This document shows, one piece after another, positions 22,945-36,640 of a stretch of DNA of 64,000 nucleotides. A model generated the notes under the pieces. It did no database searches, was not told where the DNA came from, and saw only the letters and a program-made list of their open reading frames with translations. This DNA is from Laetmonice hystrix (taxonomy: Eukaryota): assembly GCA_965235115.1 (NCBI GenBank), contig OZ249443.1, forward strand, positions 2,418,001-2,482,000, in the 5' to 3' direction. The translations under genes and the position numbers were made by a program. Within the stretch, counting starts at the first letter, position 1; the number at the start of each line of letters is the position of its first letter.

Positions 22945-25900
22945 ATGGCGATGGACTTCACACATATCGTTGTCTGGGCCTCTCTTCTGTTTTGTATCTG
23001 TCTCTGGAGGAAAAGTCACATCTTCAGATATTATCTCAAACTGATGTACTTCAACCTGGTGGTTGCTCTGATCACTGGGGTTGTGCTGGTACCGATCATC
23101 GCTTTTAAACCACGAGATGTACGCAATCTGAGGTAAGATGGCTCGGGTCGGGCCCCGGGCCCCGGGCCGTGGGGCTCCGTGCCGTGCCGTGCCGTGGGGC
23201 CGTGGGGGGAGCGCAGGGGGCTGCAGACCCGGCGCTGTTAGCTCGCCACGCCGGTACCTTCACGGTACCCCGACTGGGGCACTACTCCAGCCACTCGGTG
23301 CTCAGTGCAACTGCTACTGTAGGTGTAGCTGTACAGGGCCTGGGCCGGGGGCACTGCCCTTCCTAAAAATAATTTGAGAGGCCTGGCGCCCCTACCGGGC
23401 TACCCCTGCCTCTAGACTAGAGAGTGACCTAGTAATAATATGGCAATGCCATATCCCCAGCCATATGCCAGGATATGGATTCTGTAAAAATATTTATTAT
23501 GGATAATATTATAAATTAGGCCAATTCCATATGTGCCACTACAGCATTTGATATATTATCGGTTCTGAGGCCGCAGTTCTGCCCTCTATATTAAATTATC
23601 AGTGTTGCCAACTCTCACGGAATTTCAGTGACCCTCACAGATTTTTATGGGCATGGTCCATAAGCTCACGGGGGATACTCAATATCTTACGGATTTGTGG
23701 GAAAATGGCCTATTTCACTGTAATTTTTACCCAATATGGCTTGGTCCGCTGCTTTTTCCTTCATATTAAACTACATGTAGGCCTATCAGCTACTGAAAAT
23801 GACAATAGATACATGAGACACTGTACATATTTATCAAAATATTAAGCCCCAAATGCACCATTTTCAACATAAGATTTCAAATTTTTCTGGGGGACATGCC
23901 CCGACCCCTTACTATAGCTTCACACCTTCTGTGTTAGCCGTGCTCACAGATATTTTTTTTGCCAGGTTGGCAGCACTGTATTATAGGAAGTTCCCCACCT
24001 ACATAGCTCTACCTAGGCCTTAGCTTGCGCATGAGGGGGGGGGGAGGGGTAGTACTGGTCTCCTACCTCTAGAAAAAAAAATATTTTGTTTTTCCTTACT
24101 GATTGTAAAATTATTGAGGAGCCTTTTTAAACTTGGCTTGATGCCAAGTAATTCCCAGCTATGTACAGCCATGACAGTACAATTATTGAGGCCGAGTCTA
24201 GAACTTAGATCTATGTGAATGTCCTTCATTTAGTATAAGTCATTCGATCATTGACTTGGTGATGGTGGCAGCAGGCACGAAAAGTACCATGTGCTCATTC
24301 ACTTTCACCCAAAGATAAGATAACGGTAGTGATAACGTGATGTTAACCAACCGTCATATTTGATCATACTTTCAATATAAAGGTTATCGTTCTTCTCATC
24401 AGATGATAAGGGTCTGGTGCCCTCTTCAATGACTTAGAAGTACCCATAGTCAGTAGAGCTAATATTGGTCATGATTGAACTAGGATTTGAAACCCCCCTC
24501 GGGGCTCGAAAAAGATCTACCAGTTTTATTTGCCTGAACTTGCCCTTCGGGCAAGTTGTAACCAAGACATACTACACAAACCTTAAATTTTACTTGCCCG
24601 GAGACATATTCTAGTCGTCTCAGACAATCGGACACAGGTTTTTTCGAGCCCTGCCCCTTTTATCATTATATATGATATAACTGAAGTAGGATATTGAACT
24701 TGCCTCTCATAATTAACTTAAATACATATAGATCTGAATTCTGTAAAATAACCTATTATTAACATTCGGGTTTTAAGTTTATATGTAAAACATGACTATT
24801 CCTTGTTATTGCAGGCTTGTGGCTTGGATGTGGTCTCACGCATTCCGTAAATTCAATCTCCAATATGAAGTACGCGGTGGTGACAATTTGATCTCAGACA
24901 AACCCTATGTACTCGTCAGTAACCATCAGAGTTCACTTGATGTGCTAGGTAAGGCTCCATCAGAGAAAGAACTTTCTCATAATCTCAGTACTTAGTCATA
25001 AATTCTAGCATACTGGATATTGAGCATGCCCTGATTTCTCCAGATTTTCCAAATGATCAAATTTTATACTAAATCACAGTGTCTTGATTAAAAACAAGGT
25101 AAAGTCTGAAGTTCAATGCTCTAATAGTTCAATTTTTTTAAATTTTGATAATTTTGATAACGTTTAAATTGTTTATCTAGTGCTGTTTATCTAACGTGTT
25201 TCAGCGATGATGAAGCTGCTACCTGACCGCTGTACAGCTCTGGCTAAGAAAGAATTGCTTTATGCTGGAACATTTGGGTTAGCAGCCTGGCTGTGTGGTC
25301 TGGTCTTTGTGGATCGCATTAACCGGGATAGGGCACGTCAGACCATGGGCAAAACTGCCCAAATAATGCACAGTAAAAATGTTAGTAACTTGCTTTCTGA
25401 CCTCATTAAGGATACATGTTATTGAGATATTTTACTCATATCCTAGTCGCTTGTTAAAATTGTTCAAACTTCAATGCTTTAATGGTTCCTTGTGAGACTT
25501 TAAAGAGAGAATTGTCCTCTGAGCCTGTTAGTGTTATACATTGTAATACTAATAGGCACACTGAACATTATCTTCCAGATTAAGTTATGGATATTCCCTG
25601 AGGGAACTCGTCACCTTGGTGACAGCCTACTGCCGTTTAAGAAAGGTGCATTCCATTTAGCTATTGATGCTCAGGTGAGTCCGTGTGTAGAGTTTGCTTC
25701 CCCTTCCTTAGGGCCGTAGCTCAGGCGTGATGTCATGTCTGGGTGAACTTTAAAAAACTATTGCCAAGATAATCTATAAAAGTTACTATGAAGTATCTCG
25801 GTCGTTTCAGCATGTAAATATTCTTTACCTTTCCCTGGTTTGTTAATACTTGCAGGTATCAATCATACCTATGGTACTCTCAACCTACAGAAACTTCTAC

Positions 25901-26299
25901 GATAAAAAGAAAAAGATTTTTGAACCAGGTACGTACTTCAGTAAAAGGTTTCACACTGTGTCCATTTGCATTTGTCCAAGTTATAAAGGCGGGTAGCGGC
26001 CCAGTTGTATTCAGTCAGTTATGTCATGAATTGGTACTCGGGTAGAAACAGGCCATTCAATTTCCACATAGTTTGTACTTTGCCACAGGCAGTCCGAGTA
26101 TGATAGTTTGTGTTTTATTTCAGGTCGGATCATTGTTCAGTGTTTGCCTCCAGTCCAAACGACAGGTATGACAACCGATGACGTTACAGATCTAACAGAG
26201 AATGTCCGCAGTCAGATGATCAACGTTTTCAAAGTCGTCTCCGAGGAAGTCATGGCAACCAAGGAGGCCCCAGAGCTTGGCGAGAATAAAGTAGACTGA
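22945..26299 (+). CDS. AGPAT1/2: 1-acyl-sn-glycerol-3-phosphate acyltransferase (AGPAT1/2, PlsC family), 6 coding exons
   Basis: Exons 22945-23132, 24815-24948, 25205-25380, 25579-25674, 25856-25928, 26124-26299. All introns are GT-AG and phase-consistent. Motifs NHQSSLD, FVDR, FPEGTR, IIP; N-terminal hydrophobic segments. Confidence 0.96.
23600..23978. mobile_element. hAT-like MITE in AGPAT intron 1
   Basis: TIR CAGTGTTGCCAAC / GTTGGCAGCACTG (1 mismatch). The TSD is not clean (aattat / tattat). Confidence 0.7.
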
Positions 26300-28154
26300 A
26301 ACTTTAGGTTACACTTGGTAATTTTTATTTAACTGTTACATGTACTGGTCTACACAATAGCCATGAGTTGTAATTTTTTTATTGGCTTGCTATTTATATT
26401 GTAGATAATGAATGGTGTGATTTTTGCCAGTTGATTGAAAAGAAAAATACTCAAATCATCTCAGCAATTCTTTTGATACAAGTACTACCAAAATATTCAG
26501 GAAAGACTAAATTATGCAAAAGAATATTTGAAATATAGAAGAAATACTAAGGACTTAATCCAAGACTCTTGCACGTTTAGAAGATGAAAAATTGTAGATT
26601 ACAGAACTAGTTGAAAGCGAGAAACCTAGCTGTAGGAGGAATTTCAGTACACAATGATTGTTTTCTCGACAGTCAGCTGTGGACATGTTCACGACTATCT
26701 TATGATGGAACAGATGGGGGACACTCAACAGAACCTTATAGACACACAACTTACTGAGGGTTTCTAAAAGCTTTCACTACCAGTCCAAATATAAGGCATT
26801 TTTTCATTCTTTTATTTATACTGGGAAAATTTCCGCTACATATATGGGATACCGGTTTTCAAAAATGCCAAGTTCAAAAAGCTACAATTGATCAACTTTA
26901 CAAATTGTAATTTTAAAAAATGACGCTAACAGGAATGCACGAGACCATTGTAATGGTGGAATGGGACGGTGATGGATTGTACAACAGAGATTTAAAATGG
27001 CCAGTCCGACATTTGGGTTTAGAGTTATTCCTTGGAAGTATGTCTTCCCTTATTTTTTATCAATTGCATTTTCACAGTTTGTATTTTCGAGGCATATTGT
27101 ACAGTGCTCTCAGCATAGTTTTTTGGTATGCTTTTGATTCCTGTGTGATATGAAATCACAGATTGAAGGTCAGTGACGTTTAAAGAAGAATCCATGATTA
27201 AAATATTTAAGAGCAGATTTGTTTAGTGAATTGTGTGAGTGATCTAAGGACTCTAGTGACTGTTTGACTGTCTGTAAACAGTTTGTTATATGTAAGAAAG
27301 AATTACATGCCAGATATACATACCAATATATCTAGATACGTAGCAGTGATTTAAAAAATCTAAAGATGTTGTAATAATAATATTGGAGGAGTTGTGGTGG
27401 GAAAATAAGTATTGATTGTGCTACATTTGATTGTGAGACATTGTAGACATTTAAGTGATCTAGTCATGATCTAGTCAAGGAACCGGTGCTGGATAAGTGA
27501 AGGATAATTTATTTAAGGTGGGTCATTTATCCTTGGTAATAATGATGTGAGAAGATGTTGAGATTGATTAAAATGAAATTGCAGATTATGTAAGGAATAT
27601 TCAATGTGATTGTTGGCTAGACGGAATATGGATTTGTAAATACTACCTGGTATATATCTGTAGGCTTCACCATTTATTTCATAATATTGAAATGTGATAT
27701 CATCTCTATTAGATAAAACTCAGGATGATTACAAGTCACACATAGATCCAGAATCTAAGGTTTCAGTTGTTTATAGAAGCCCCCGGTGAGTTGTGGGTAG
27801 ATGTCATGTTTTGCTCACCCCGCGTTCCCCAGTTTCAAGTTAAGTCTGACCACCAGATGGCAGGTCAGCCCACCTGTTCAAACACCGTCTGGCTGACCGA
27901 GCCTTCACTGCCAGGATTACCACAATCACGTGCAGCGTTCGTTGTCCTAACACACTGTCCACCAGTTAGTGTTTCTATTATTAAAGTCAGTCGTACACAT
28001 ACCAATCTGACTCGACTCAACTTCATCCAACTGTTTTATGACTTGAAAACTTCTACTTTAAGCCAGTTAAATTAAGTCTAGCTGAGGCTGAGTTTTCAAG
28101 GCATGTAGACAGACCTGTTGAGGTTAGTCAGTTCAATAGGTGTGTGCCCTGTTA

Positions 28155-29290
28155 GTTTCAGTCTGGGAGAGGGTGAATGTTGTAATGTTCAGGAGGTGGT
28201 ATTGAGGCTGGACAACTGTACTCTAGGGGCCACAGTTTCAGTCTGGCAGAGGGTGAATGTTGTAATGTGTTCAGGAGGTGGTATTGAGGCTGAAGAGCTG
28301 TACTCTAGGGGCCACAGTTTCAGTCTGGCAGAGTGAATGTTGTAATGTGTTCAGGAGGTGGTATTGAGGCTGAAGAACTGTACTCTAGGGGCCACAGTTT
28401 CAGTCTGGCAGAGGGTGAATGTTGTAATGTGTTCAGGGAGTGGTATTGAGACTGAAGAACTGTACTCTAGGGGCCACAGTTTCAGTCTGGCAGAGTGAAT
28501 GTTGTAATGTGTTCAGGAGGTGGTATTGAGGCTGAAGAACTGTACTCTAGGGGCCACAGTTTCAGTCTGGCAGAGGGTGAATGTTGTAATGTGTTCAGGA
28601 GGTGGTATTGAGGCTGAAGAACTGTACTCTAGGGGCCACAGTTTCAGTCTGGCAGAGGGTGAATGTTGTAATGTGTTCAGGAGGTGGTATTGAGGCTGAA
28701 GAACTGTACTCTAGGGGCCACAGTTTCAGTCTGGCAGAGTGAATGTTGTAATGTTCAGGAGGTGGTATTGAGGCTGGACAACTGTACTCTAGGGGCCACA
28801 GTTTCAGTCTGGCAGAGGGTGAATGTTGTAATGTGTTCAGGAGGTGGTATTGAGGCTGAAGAACTGTACTCTAGGGGCCACAGTTTCAGTCTGGGAGAGG
28901 GTGAATGTTGTAATGTGTTCAGGAGGTGGTATTGAGGCTGAAGAACTGTACTCTAGGGGCCACAGTTTCAGTCTGGCAGAGGGTGAATGTTGTAATGTGT
29001 TCAGGAGGTGGTATTGAGGCTGAAGAACTGTACTCTAGGGGCCACAGTTTCAGTCTGGCAGAGGGTGAATGTTGTAATGTGTTCAGGAGGTGGTATTGAG
29101 GCTGAAGAACTGTACTCTAGGGGCCACAGTTTCAGTCTGGCAGAGGGTGAATGTTGTAATGTGTTCAGGAGGTGGTATTGAGGCTGAAGAACTGTACTCT
29201 AGGGGCCACAGTTTCAGTCTGGCAGAGGGTGAATGTTGTAATGTGTTCAGGATGTGGTATTGAGGCTGGACAACTGTAGGGGCCACAGTC
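28155..29290. repeat. 82-bp minisatellite, ~14 copies
   Basis: ttcagtctggcagagggtgaatgttgtaatgtgttcaggaggtggtattgaggctgaagaactgtactctaggggccacagt, period 82 with small-deletion variants. Confidence 0.95.
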
Positions 29291-30044
29291 CCTTGAAGAG
29301 ATGATTGATTGTAAAACATGAAGAAACGCCCCCTTCTCTAAGTAAATCTAGTTATTGTGGGTGTGTGGAGTGTGCACATACCTATTATTGACGTAACCAC
29401 GGTAACCGTCTCCCACAGGGATACGATGACTAATGATGTGTTGTGACCCCAATCTGACCTTGGTCTATATTCATATCTACTTCCCACCACGCAGGGTGTC
29501 GATGGTGCAACTATTGCAATGGTTGTATTCATGTTAGCTTATAAAATTATTTATATGATGTTTGCTTCATTGGTTGAAGGAAAGGGTAGGACTTTTGACA
29601 CAGTTTTTAAGGCATAGATTATTATACATGTACGGTACGTGTAGTTAGTTTCTGTATAAGGGTGTATGTGTAAATACCATGTATCTTGTATAGAACGCGA
29701 GGTGATCTCCGTCTGTGTACTCTTCAGATTTGCGTGGTCATCCTGTGAAAAACTGGTCAGTATATGGCTGTTATTTTGGTCGAAATCTACCAATAATCAT
29801 TTTCCAATTTATTTGACAGCACCAGTCAGTATCTTCTACCCGGTATATTAAAATATAGCACGATTTACCGTTAAAAATCAGTCTGATAAAAGGAAGTACG
29901 TGTATTCTTAGTACATTAGAAATGCACTGCAGTGCGTTTCTTCAATGAAAGTTAATATTTTCCTACAAAAATGAAGTTTTTCGGTCTACAGGATTTCCTA
30001 ACTGTATCCACTTTCTATCTCCAGAAACTAATTGCTATTTTCGT

Positions 30045-32920
30045 ATAGATAGATAGATAGTTTTATTTCCTGGAAGCATACAGTATCGCCGAGATGCAAT
30101 ACACATACAGGTATACAGTATTTTACACAGTGATGCTTTCAGGGGGTACGCATTAGAGACATAACTGTCTGTGACCTCCATACACACAGAAACCCCAATA
30201 CAGTGCAGGAAAATAAGGGAAACGCGGAGGTAATGAGTACCCAGAAACTACATACATATAAGTAGAGTAAAAGACAGCAGTTGTGTCGCAGTTAGCTTGT
30301 ATGTCTTAATTAGATACCATCCTTTCCGTATAAGATAAAGAGATGTCAGTTGTGCCACGAATACGTAGTTACATACAGTCAGATATATTAGGTACATACA
30401 TTTTGTTGAAGCTTGATCACATAATTATCAATCAATAGTTTGCCATAAGAGATTTCCTAAGATTGTGCTTGAATGCTTTAAGTGTCCTAGCACCCTTTAG
30501 AGATTCATCTAGACCCATCCATAATTCCGGGCCACAGTATAGGAAACTTCTTTTAAATAAGTCCGTGTTGAATTTTGGAATTCCCAGATCCTTGCAGTGC
30601 CTAGTATTATAAGCATGTACATCCTGTTGGAAGTGAAATAACTGGAGAAGTGGTGGTGGGAGGGAGGCATTTACATAGCGATATACAAAAGTAGCCACAG
30701 ATTCCTTGTACAGGTCAGTAAGTTTCACAAGGCTTGACCTTTTGAAAAGGGGAGAGGAGGGTTCATTATACGTTGCACTATTTATATTTCTAACAGCCTT
30801 TTTCTGTAGGACCTCGAGCCTTTTTATATACTTTTTATAGGTATTTCCCCATAAGAGGTTTCCATACGTTAAGTAGGGATGTACAAGACTAAAGTAAACT
30901 TGCCTTAGGTGATTTTTAGACAGCACATGTTTTGCCGCATTCATGGCATGTATACCACTTGCCATTTTCTTAGAGCAGTGTTCAATGTGTTTATCCCACG
31001 AAAATTTGTCATCAATATAGATGCCTAAAAGTTTAAAATAGTGGACACGTTCTAATGCGACACCATCCAGTAGCAGATCGATACCATCAGACATATTTGA
31101 TTGGTCCCTAGAGAAAACCATGTACTTTGTTTTCAGTGAGTTAACTGAGAGCCGGTTGGCCCTAAACCACTGCGATAGTTGTTTCAAATCATAATTCATC
31201 TTTTCAGATTGGGAGCCTGTACCTTTACATAGAAGAGTAGTGTCGTCAGCATAGCTCCCCGGTTTACAATATTTCAATGACTCATGTAGGTCATTAACAT
31301 AAATTATAAATAGAAGGGGCCCAAGTACCGACCCCTGGGGCACACCACAGGTAATGACCTTTTCTGTTGACCTAACATTTTTAATAGCGACATAGTGTCT
31401 CCTATTGTGAAGATAACTTTTGAACCACTCCAGGGCCTTTCCCCTAATCCCGTAGTGATTCAGTTTATATAGCAGTATAGAGTGATTAATCGTATCAAAA
31501 GCCCTGGAGAGGTCCAGATACACTGCGACACAGTTTTCCCTTCTATCCAAGGAGTTTAGGATCTCAGAAGCAAAATCAGTTACCGCATCAATTGTGGAGT
31601 GTTGTGGTCTAAATCCGAATTGACTTGAATGCAGAATATCATGCTTCTGTAGGAAGGCATAGACCCGCGTATGCACCGCCTTTTCTAGAATTTTTGAAAC
31701 ATTGGATAGCAGGGAAATAGGTCGATAGTTGGAGAGAAGCTCTCTACATTTTGCCTTGTAAACAGGAATTACCTTGGCCAATTTCATACTGTCCGGCACG
31801 ATACCTTGCTGGAGCGACATATTTACAATTTTAGCGATAGGCACGCAACATTCCTCAGCAGTCTGTTTCAAAATAACAAGGGAGATACCGTCATCACCTG
31901 AGCTTTTCTTAGGTTTAAGCATTTTTAAAATTTTCACTATCTCGTCAGCAGTGGTTGGTGCAAGGAAGATTGAATCTCTAACTGGTTGGGATTTCATATA
32001 CGACTCCGGGGAATGATCCGGTTTAATTATGTTCTCCGCAGTCACCCTACCAATGTTTTGGAAGTAAGAGGCAAATTCATTTGCTATCACAGATTTATCG
32101 CTCACCTGTTTACCATTAATTTCAAGTTCATTTGGAATAGACATCTTATTATGTGTCCGTCCAACTATGGTATTGATTATTTTCCAAGTTTTACAAACAT
32201 TATCTCCAAACTGCCTAAGCAGGTCACCATAGTACCTTTCTTTACAACTGCGTCTAGTCTTGTTTAACAGGGTCCTATAGGCAAGATATTTACGGTACTC
32301 AGCACAATCTTTGTGTTTGCCTAGAGACTTTTTAAAGAGGATTTCACATCTCCTTGACGACTTAAGAAGTCCAGGCGTCATCCATGGCTGCCTAATAATA
32401 GATCTATAGGGTATGGTGACTCTTTTTTCAGGTGCACATTCATCAATTATGTTCTTAAAGTGGTGAATAAATGATTCATAACATTTGATAACACAGTCAT
32501 GCCTTAGTAGCTCTTCCCAGTCAGATACCTTGAGGGCGTTTGAGATTTTGTTAACTTGTTCATATTTCATTGGACGCATATTAAAAGTCAGGGGAACTTT
32601 TTTCTTACGTTGGGATTTTTTACCCATACATACAATTATTGGCAGGTGATCAGACATGTCAACCATAATAATCCCAGACGAGATATTTACAAACCCCTTA
32701 CATTTCACATACAAATTATCAATAAGGGTTGCAGACGTGCGTGTAATTCTAGTAGGTCGCGTGATAGTCGGTAAGATACTCGAGCTAATGAACATGTTTA
32801 AGAGGGTGGACACATTAATGTTTGAGTTCTCCTTTACATAATCAAAATTCTGGTCGGTACCAATGATGACATCATTGTTGGTTTGGGCAATACCAGTGAT
32901 GATATCCCACCAACATTTAC
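30045..32920 (-). mobile_element. 5'-truncated CR1/L2-group LINE (partial endonuclease, intact RT frame)
   Basis: Frame open 32954-30432. Endonuclease remnant IIGTDQNFD...PTRIT...SATLIDN. RT motifs NYRPISLL, QFGFR, LDLSRAFDT, GVPQGSVLGPLLF, YADDT; C-terminal HAYNTR. The 3' end is AATAAA followed by (CTAT)4 at 30045-30066. The 5' boundary is approximate. Confidence 0.93.
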
Positions 32921-33855
32921 GAAAGAAGTGCCAAGTGCTATAGCTGTAATGGTGTTAATGCCTGGTTTTACATTAGTGGCAGAAATATTACAACAGTTTG
33001 CATTACAAATTAGCATTTGTACAAAAGTGTACATTCGATGATAAAGAGGCAGATAGTTTTACAAGACAAGAAACTTCATGTTCAGGGTTTCCTACAAGCC
33101 TTTCTGGGGGCGGGCTGGAGACATTTACTCCCCACCAAAAAAAGCTGACTTTTTTTAAAAGATTATAGTTGTTTCCCCTTTTACAAAAACAGGAATAGAT
33201 TTATACGAATTTTAAAGCTGGAAATAAAACTGTGAATGCTTTCCTCACATGTTCCATTAACAAATTTTTCAGGTGACAGCCAGGTTCAACCTCGGATATA
33301 TGTGTCGTTAATGCACGTTATATTCTGTTATTTTATTGTAAAATTTGTTGACATACGTGTACGAGGTGCTGGCCCCAATAATTCCCAAACCCAAATTCAC
33401 GATTAGAGATAGTTATATGTAAGGACACACGTCTAATTCAACATTCGTTAAGATTCTTGTGGTAGTTAGAAAGTGAGCAGTTGTCAGTATTCGTTTTTAT
33501 ATAACAAAGTCACACCCTTTGAGCTTAGCGTATAGACCATGCTTACTGCCTTGTTTGTTGTATGTGACTTTTTAATTAATAATAAAAAAAAATTCTTAAT
33601 GGGATCTCAGTTCAGGCTAGTGGCTCTCGCAAAGAAAACCTTTTAGTATCAGTATGAATCAATCCAAGTTGTTACAATCATCAATAAAATCACAGCATGC
33701 AAATTTCAACGCTTGTTCAGTCTTCATTCAGTTCATCATGTTCTGTCAAGATATAAGTACAACCAAAAGTGGATACTTCATTTAATATTTATTTTATAAT
33801 ATACATTTCTCAAACTTCATAATTCCCATGTGTTGTGTAGCACATTGCCTTTTCA

Positions 33856-34154
33856 CAGGGTTCCTACAGTCATGAAAAGTCAGGGAAAATAAAATTCGGT
33901 TTTACAGGCCTGAAAAAGTCATGGAAAATAGAAAAACGTTGCAAAGTAATGAAAAAGTCATGGAATTTGAACTTTCTCTTGAACTACATTTTTGTTTCTG
34001 TTAGGCCTAAACTGTAAAGTTCCATGATGTACTAGGGAACAATTCTGGGATTTTAGCGTATTGTGTTAATTTTATCGGAATTGGTTATGAAATGTGAGAG
34101 TATTGTTCTGGAAAAGTCAGAAAATTTCAATTTAGCCATCCCGTGGGAACCCTG
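33856..34154. mobile_element. 299-bp MITE, CAGGGTTCC TIRs, 5-bp TSD TTTCA
   Basis: CAGGGTTCCTAC / GTGGGAACCCTG. TTTCA at 33851-33855 and 34155-34159. Internal gaaaagtcatggaa repeats. Confidence 0.8.
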
Positions 34155-34541
34155 TTTCAAATGTAAAAGTATCTCTGGATTAGAAAACCAGTGTGTTTAT
34201 CCATTCTCTTGGAGACATGCTATGTTATTGTATAGCTCTAAATCTTACTTGGCATCTCTCATTTTTAAATCTATTTTTCTGTTCTTCAGAACTGATGACA
34301 AAAATATTGTTGTCCTTTTAACACTAAAACATTTGATATTTAACCAAGGATAACTAATCAATGCTATTGTTGCAACTTTTCTACCTTGGCTACAGTGACT
34401 TTTCATAAAACTGCATGGTCAAATAATAGTTGATCCAAAGAGTACAGGATGACGTGTTGAGATGGGATGACGGGGACTCTTCCGATGTGTGAACACATTG
34501 TAATAATGGAAATGTCCTTAGTGCTGTCCTTAACCTTTTCT

Positions 34542-35501
34542 CTATTTGTAGTACAACTCCAGGTTCTGTCCATCATGAATTTCATCTAAATTTAAGTCAA
34601 GGCACAAAACCAGAATCTTTCTCATGTATGGACATGAGGTGATTAAGAAATGTTTGTATTGAGACCTGAAAAAAACACTAATGGTTCTTCCAGCAACTTT
34701 AGGTGAATACCAGGAAACCAATGGCTAAATATAAAGAACCTCGTATTTCAGTATGTTTGTTAAACCCTACAAGTTGCTAATTATAATTACTATTAGCTTG
34801 AAAGGATACAATCTGCAAGTGTTACGTGATCTTTGAAAATGGTGTACCTGAAAAAAAGAAGTTTTCCATTATCTGTTGTAGACGTTAGTTCAGTCAAAAC
34901 AATAATGATGATTTCTAGATAGACTGTAAATTTGTTCAAACCATTTCTATACAACATTAAACAATGTACAAATATTAGAAACTTAATCAATCAAGAGAAA
35001 CTCTACATGTTCAACCTACATCAGTCTACAATATTTTTACACAAACCATTTTTTGAGGACAATCTTGTCATGGCGAGTTCCAGTTTGTGCAGCAATCAAT
35101 TTCTTCAGGTCTCCAATTGTGTCCTCAGGACTTGTCATGGTCAAGGTCAATTTAATGAAAATCATTGCTAGGCCTACTTAGATGTTAATTAAATTGAAAG
35201 CAACAATTCAATTGATCAACAGTCACTGAAGAATTCCCATGGATTGTAGGATTTTGTAGATTGCTAAATTAGAATGCAGTTAGAAGGACAGAAAAATGTT
35301 TATCTTCTTGAATTTCTTCTCCTTTTTCTTTATTCTTTGAATAATCACGTGGTACATGTTATTGTACCTAAATTTTCATCTACTGTGTATTACCATTATG
35401 ACGTTTTTATAATTTCCGGTTGTTTGTTTTTTGTTTCAAGGATACTTGCACTTCACCCGCACTTTCTTTCCCAGACGGTCGTTGCATGTTATTTCCAACA
35501 T
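34542..35501 (-). CDS. UBL5: Ubiquitin-like protein 5 (Hub1), 73 aa, 4 coding exons, two U12-type introns
   Basis: Exons 35501-35446, 35130-35047, 34847-34810, 34585-34542 join to [73 protein letters not shown] (222 nt), with the diagnostic C-terminal YY. A non-coding first-exon donor lies at 35807. Confidence 0.98.
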
Positions 35502-35807
35502 TTTCAGTTATTCTGAAAAATATAACAAGATTCAAGAACATAAAGCATACGATAGTCTGATTATCATAGTGCGGATACGACTCGAGTGCGTACTCACGAC
35601 CAACGGCGCGGACCCGACCAATGGCAATGGCCTGACCGAAGTGTGGGTGATGGGCGATAATAAGAACATATATCTATTAAAACAGGGAATAACATCGGAC
35701 AGGGAGAGAAATGTTACGGATATCCCGTAACCTACAATCTATAAACAGTTATGGAGCTATGTAGTTACAACAAAATGACAATGCTGTCCTTAAATTGCTT
35801 TCCTTAC

Positions 35808-36048
35808 CGAATGTAAATGTTTTCGTCACCGTGCTTCTGCTTCCACCGCTAACTGGTGGCGCCCCCGTGTGGTGGAAGTATGCACTGACAGTCAGCCGCC
35901 AGGGGGCGCGGTGATCCTCCGACCTGACCAATCAGATAGCTGTAAACATTCAGCCCAATCGTAAACAACATGGCGGCGCCCTGATGGAGGGAATGTTCAA
36001 AACTGGCGGTGTCTTACTTTGGACAAACTCTGTGAATTACGGGAAATA
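35808..36048. promoter_or_regulatory. Compact bidirectional promoter of UBL5 (-) and CNTRL (+)
   Basis: First-exon donors at 35807 (-) and 36049 (+). Two CCAAT boxes (~35927, ~35955), CTCF-like CCGCCAGGGGGCGC (35896-35909), YY1-like AACATGGCGGC (35967-35977). Confidence 0.65.
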
Positions 36049-36640
36049 GTAAGTACTGTTGCCCTTTCTCCATGTCACTACTCAGATAAGATGGCTTTCT
36101 GTAACAGGAACACTGGGATACTTGGCAGGGACTTACTCATTTCCCACACCCATGAATTGAAAGTTGCTTTGTTTTGTTGACGGTCAAGGGACAAGCCACA
36201 ACTTAAACTTTCACACAAGTTTGGGCACGCTTCAGTTTCTCCTCTTACTTAGTTACTAAGTCTTACACTTCTTAGCTGTGCTTTCTCTATCTTCAGGGGG
36301 GTGTATGACCGTAGCTGTTGTATTTACAGTTTTATCTTAGTACTAGGGAGAGCGGAAAAAACCGTACTAACTACTATCCTGTCATACTCACATTCATAAA
36401 AACTGCTGTCACAGGGCCCAAGGCCAGGCCACTGTGTCAGTGCCTAGAATGTCGCATTGTTGATGATAGATTCATAAACCATGTTGTTTCAGAGTCAGAC
36501 TCACAATGTAATGGTCGAGTTTTACATGTCTTTACCCACCTAGGAAGCTGTGAGAATGACTGTGTGACCCAGTTTGTGGCAGACAGATAGAGGTTGAGGT
36601 GTCGGGAGTTTGTAAATCACGGGACGGAGACCTTTTAATC

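Noticed and set aside
35970-36048. ATG in CNTRL exon 1 as the centriolin start
   Set aside because: The first ATG closes after 4 codons. The second would meet a stop on splicing to the next candidate exon. Both are treated as uORFs, with the ATG at 36641 preferred.
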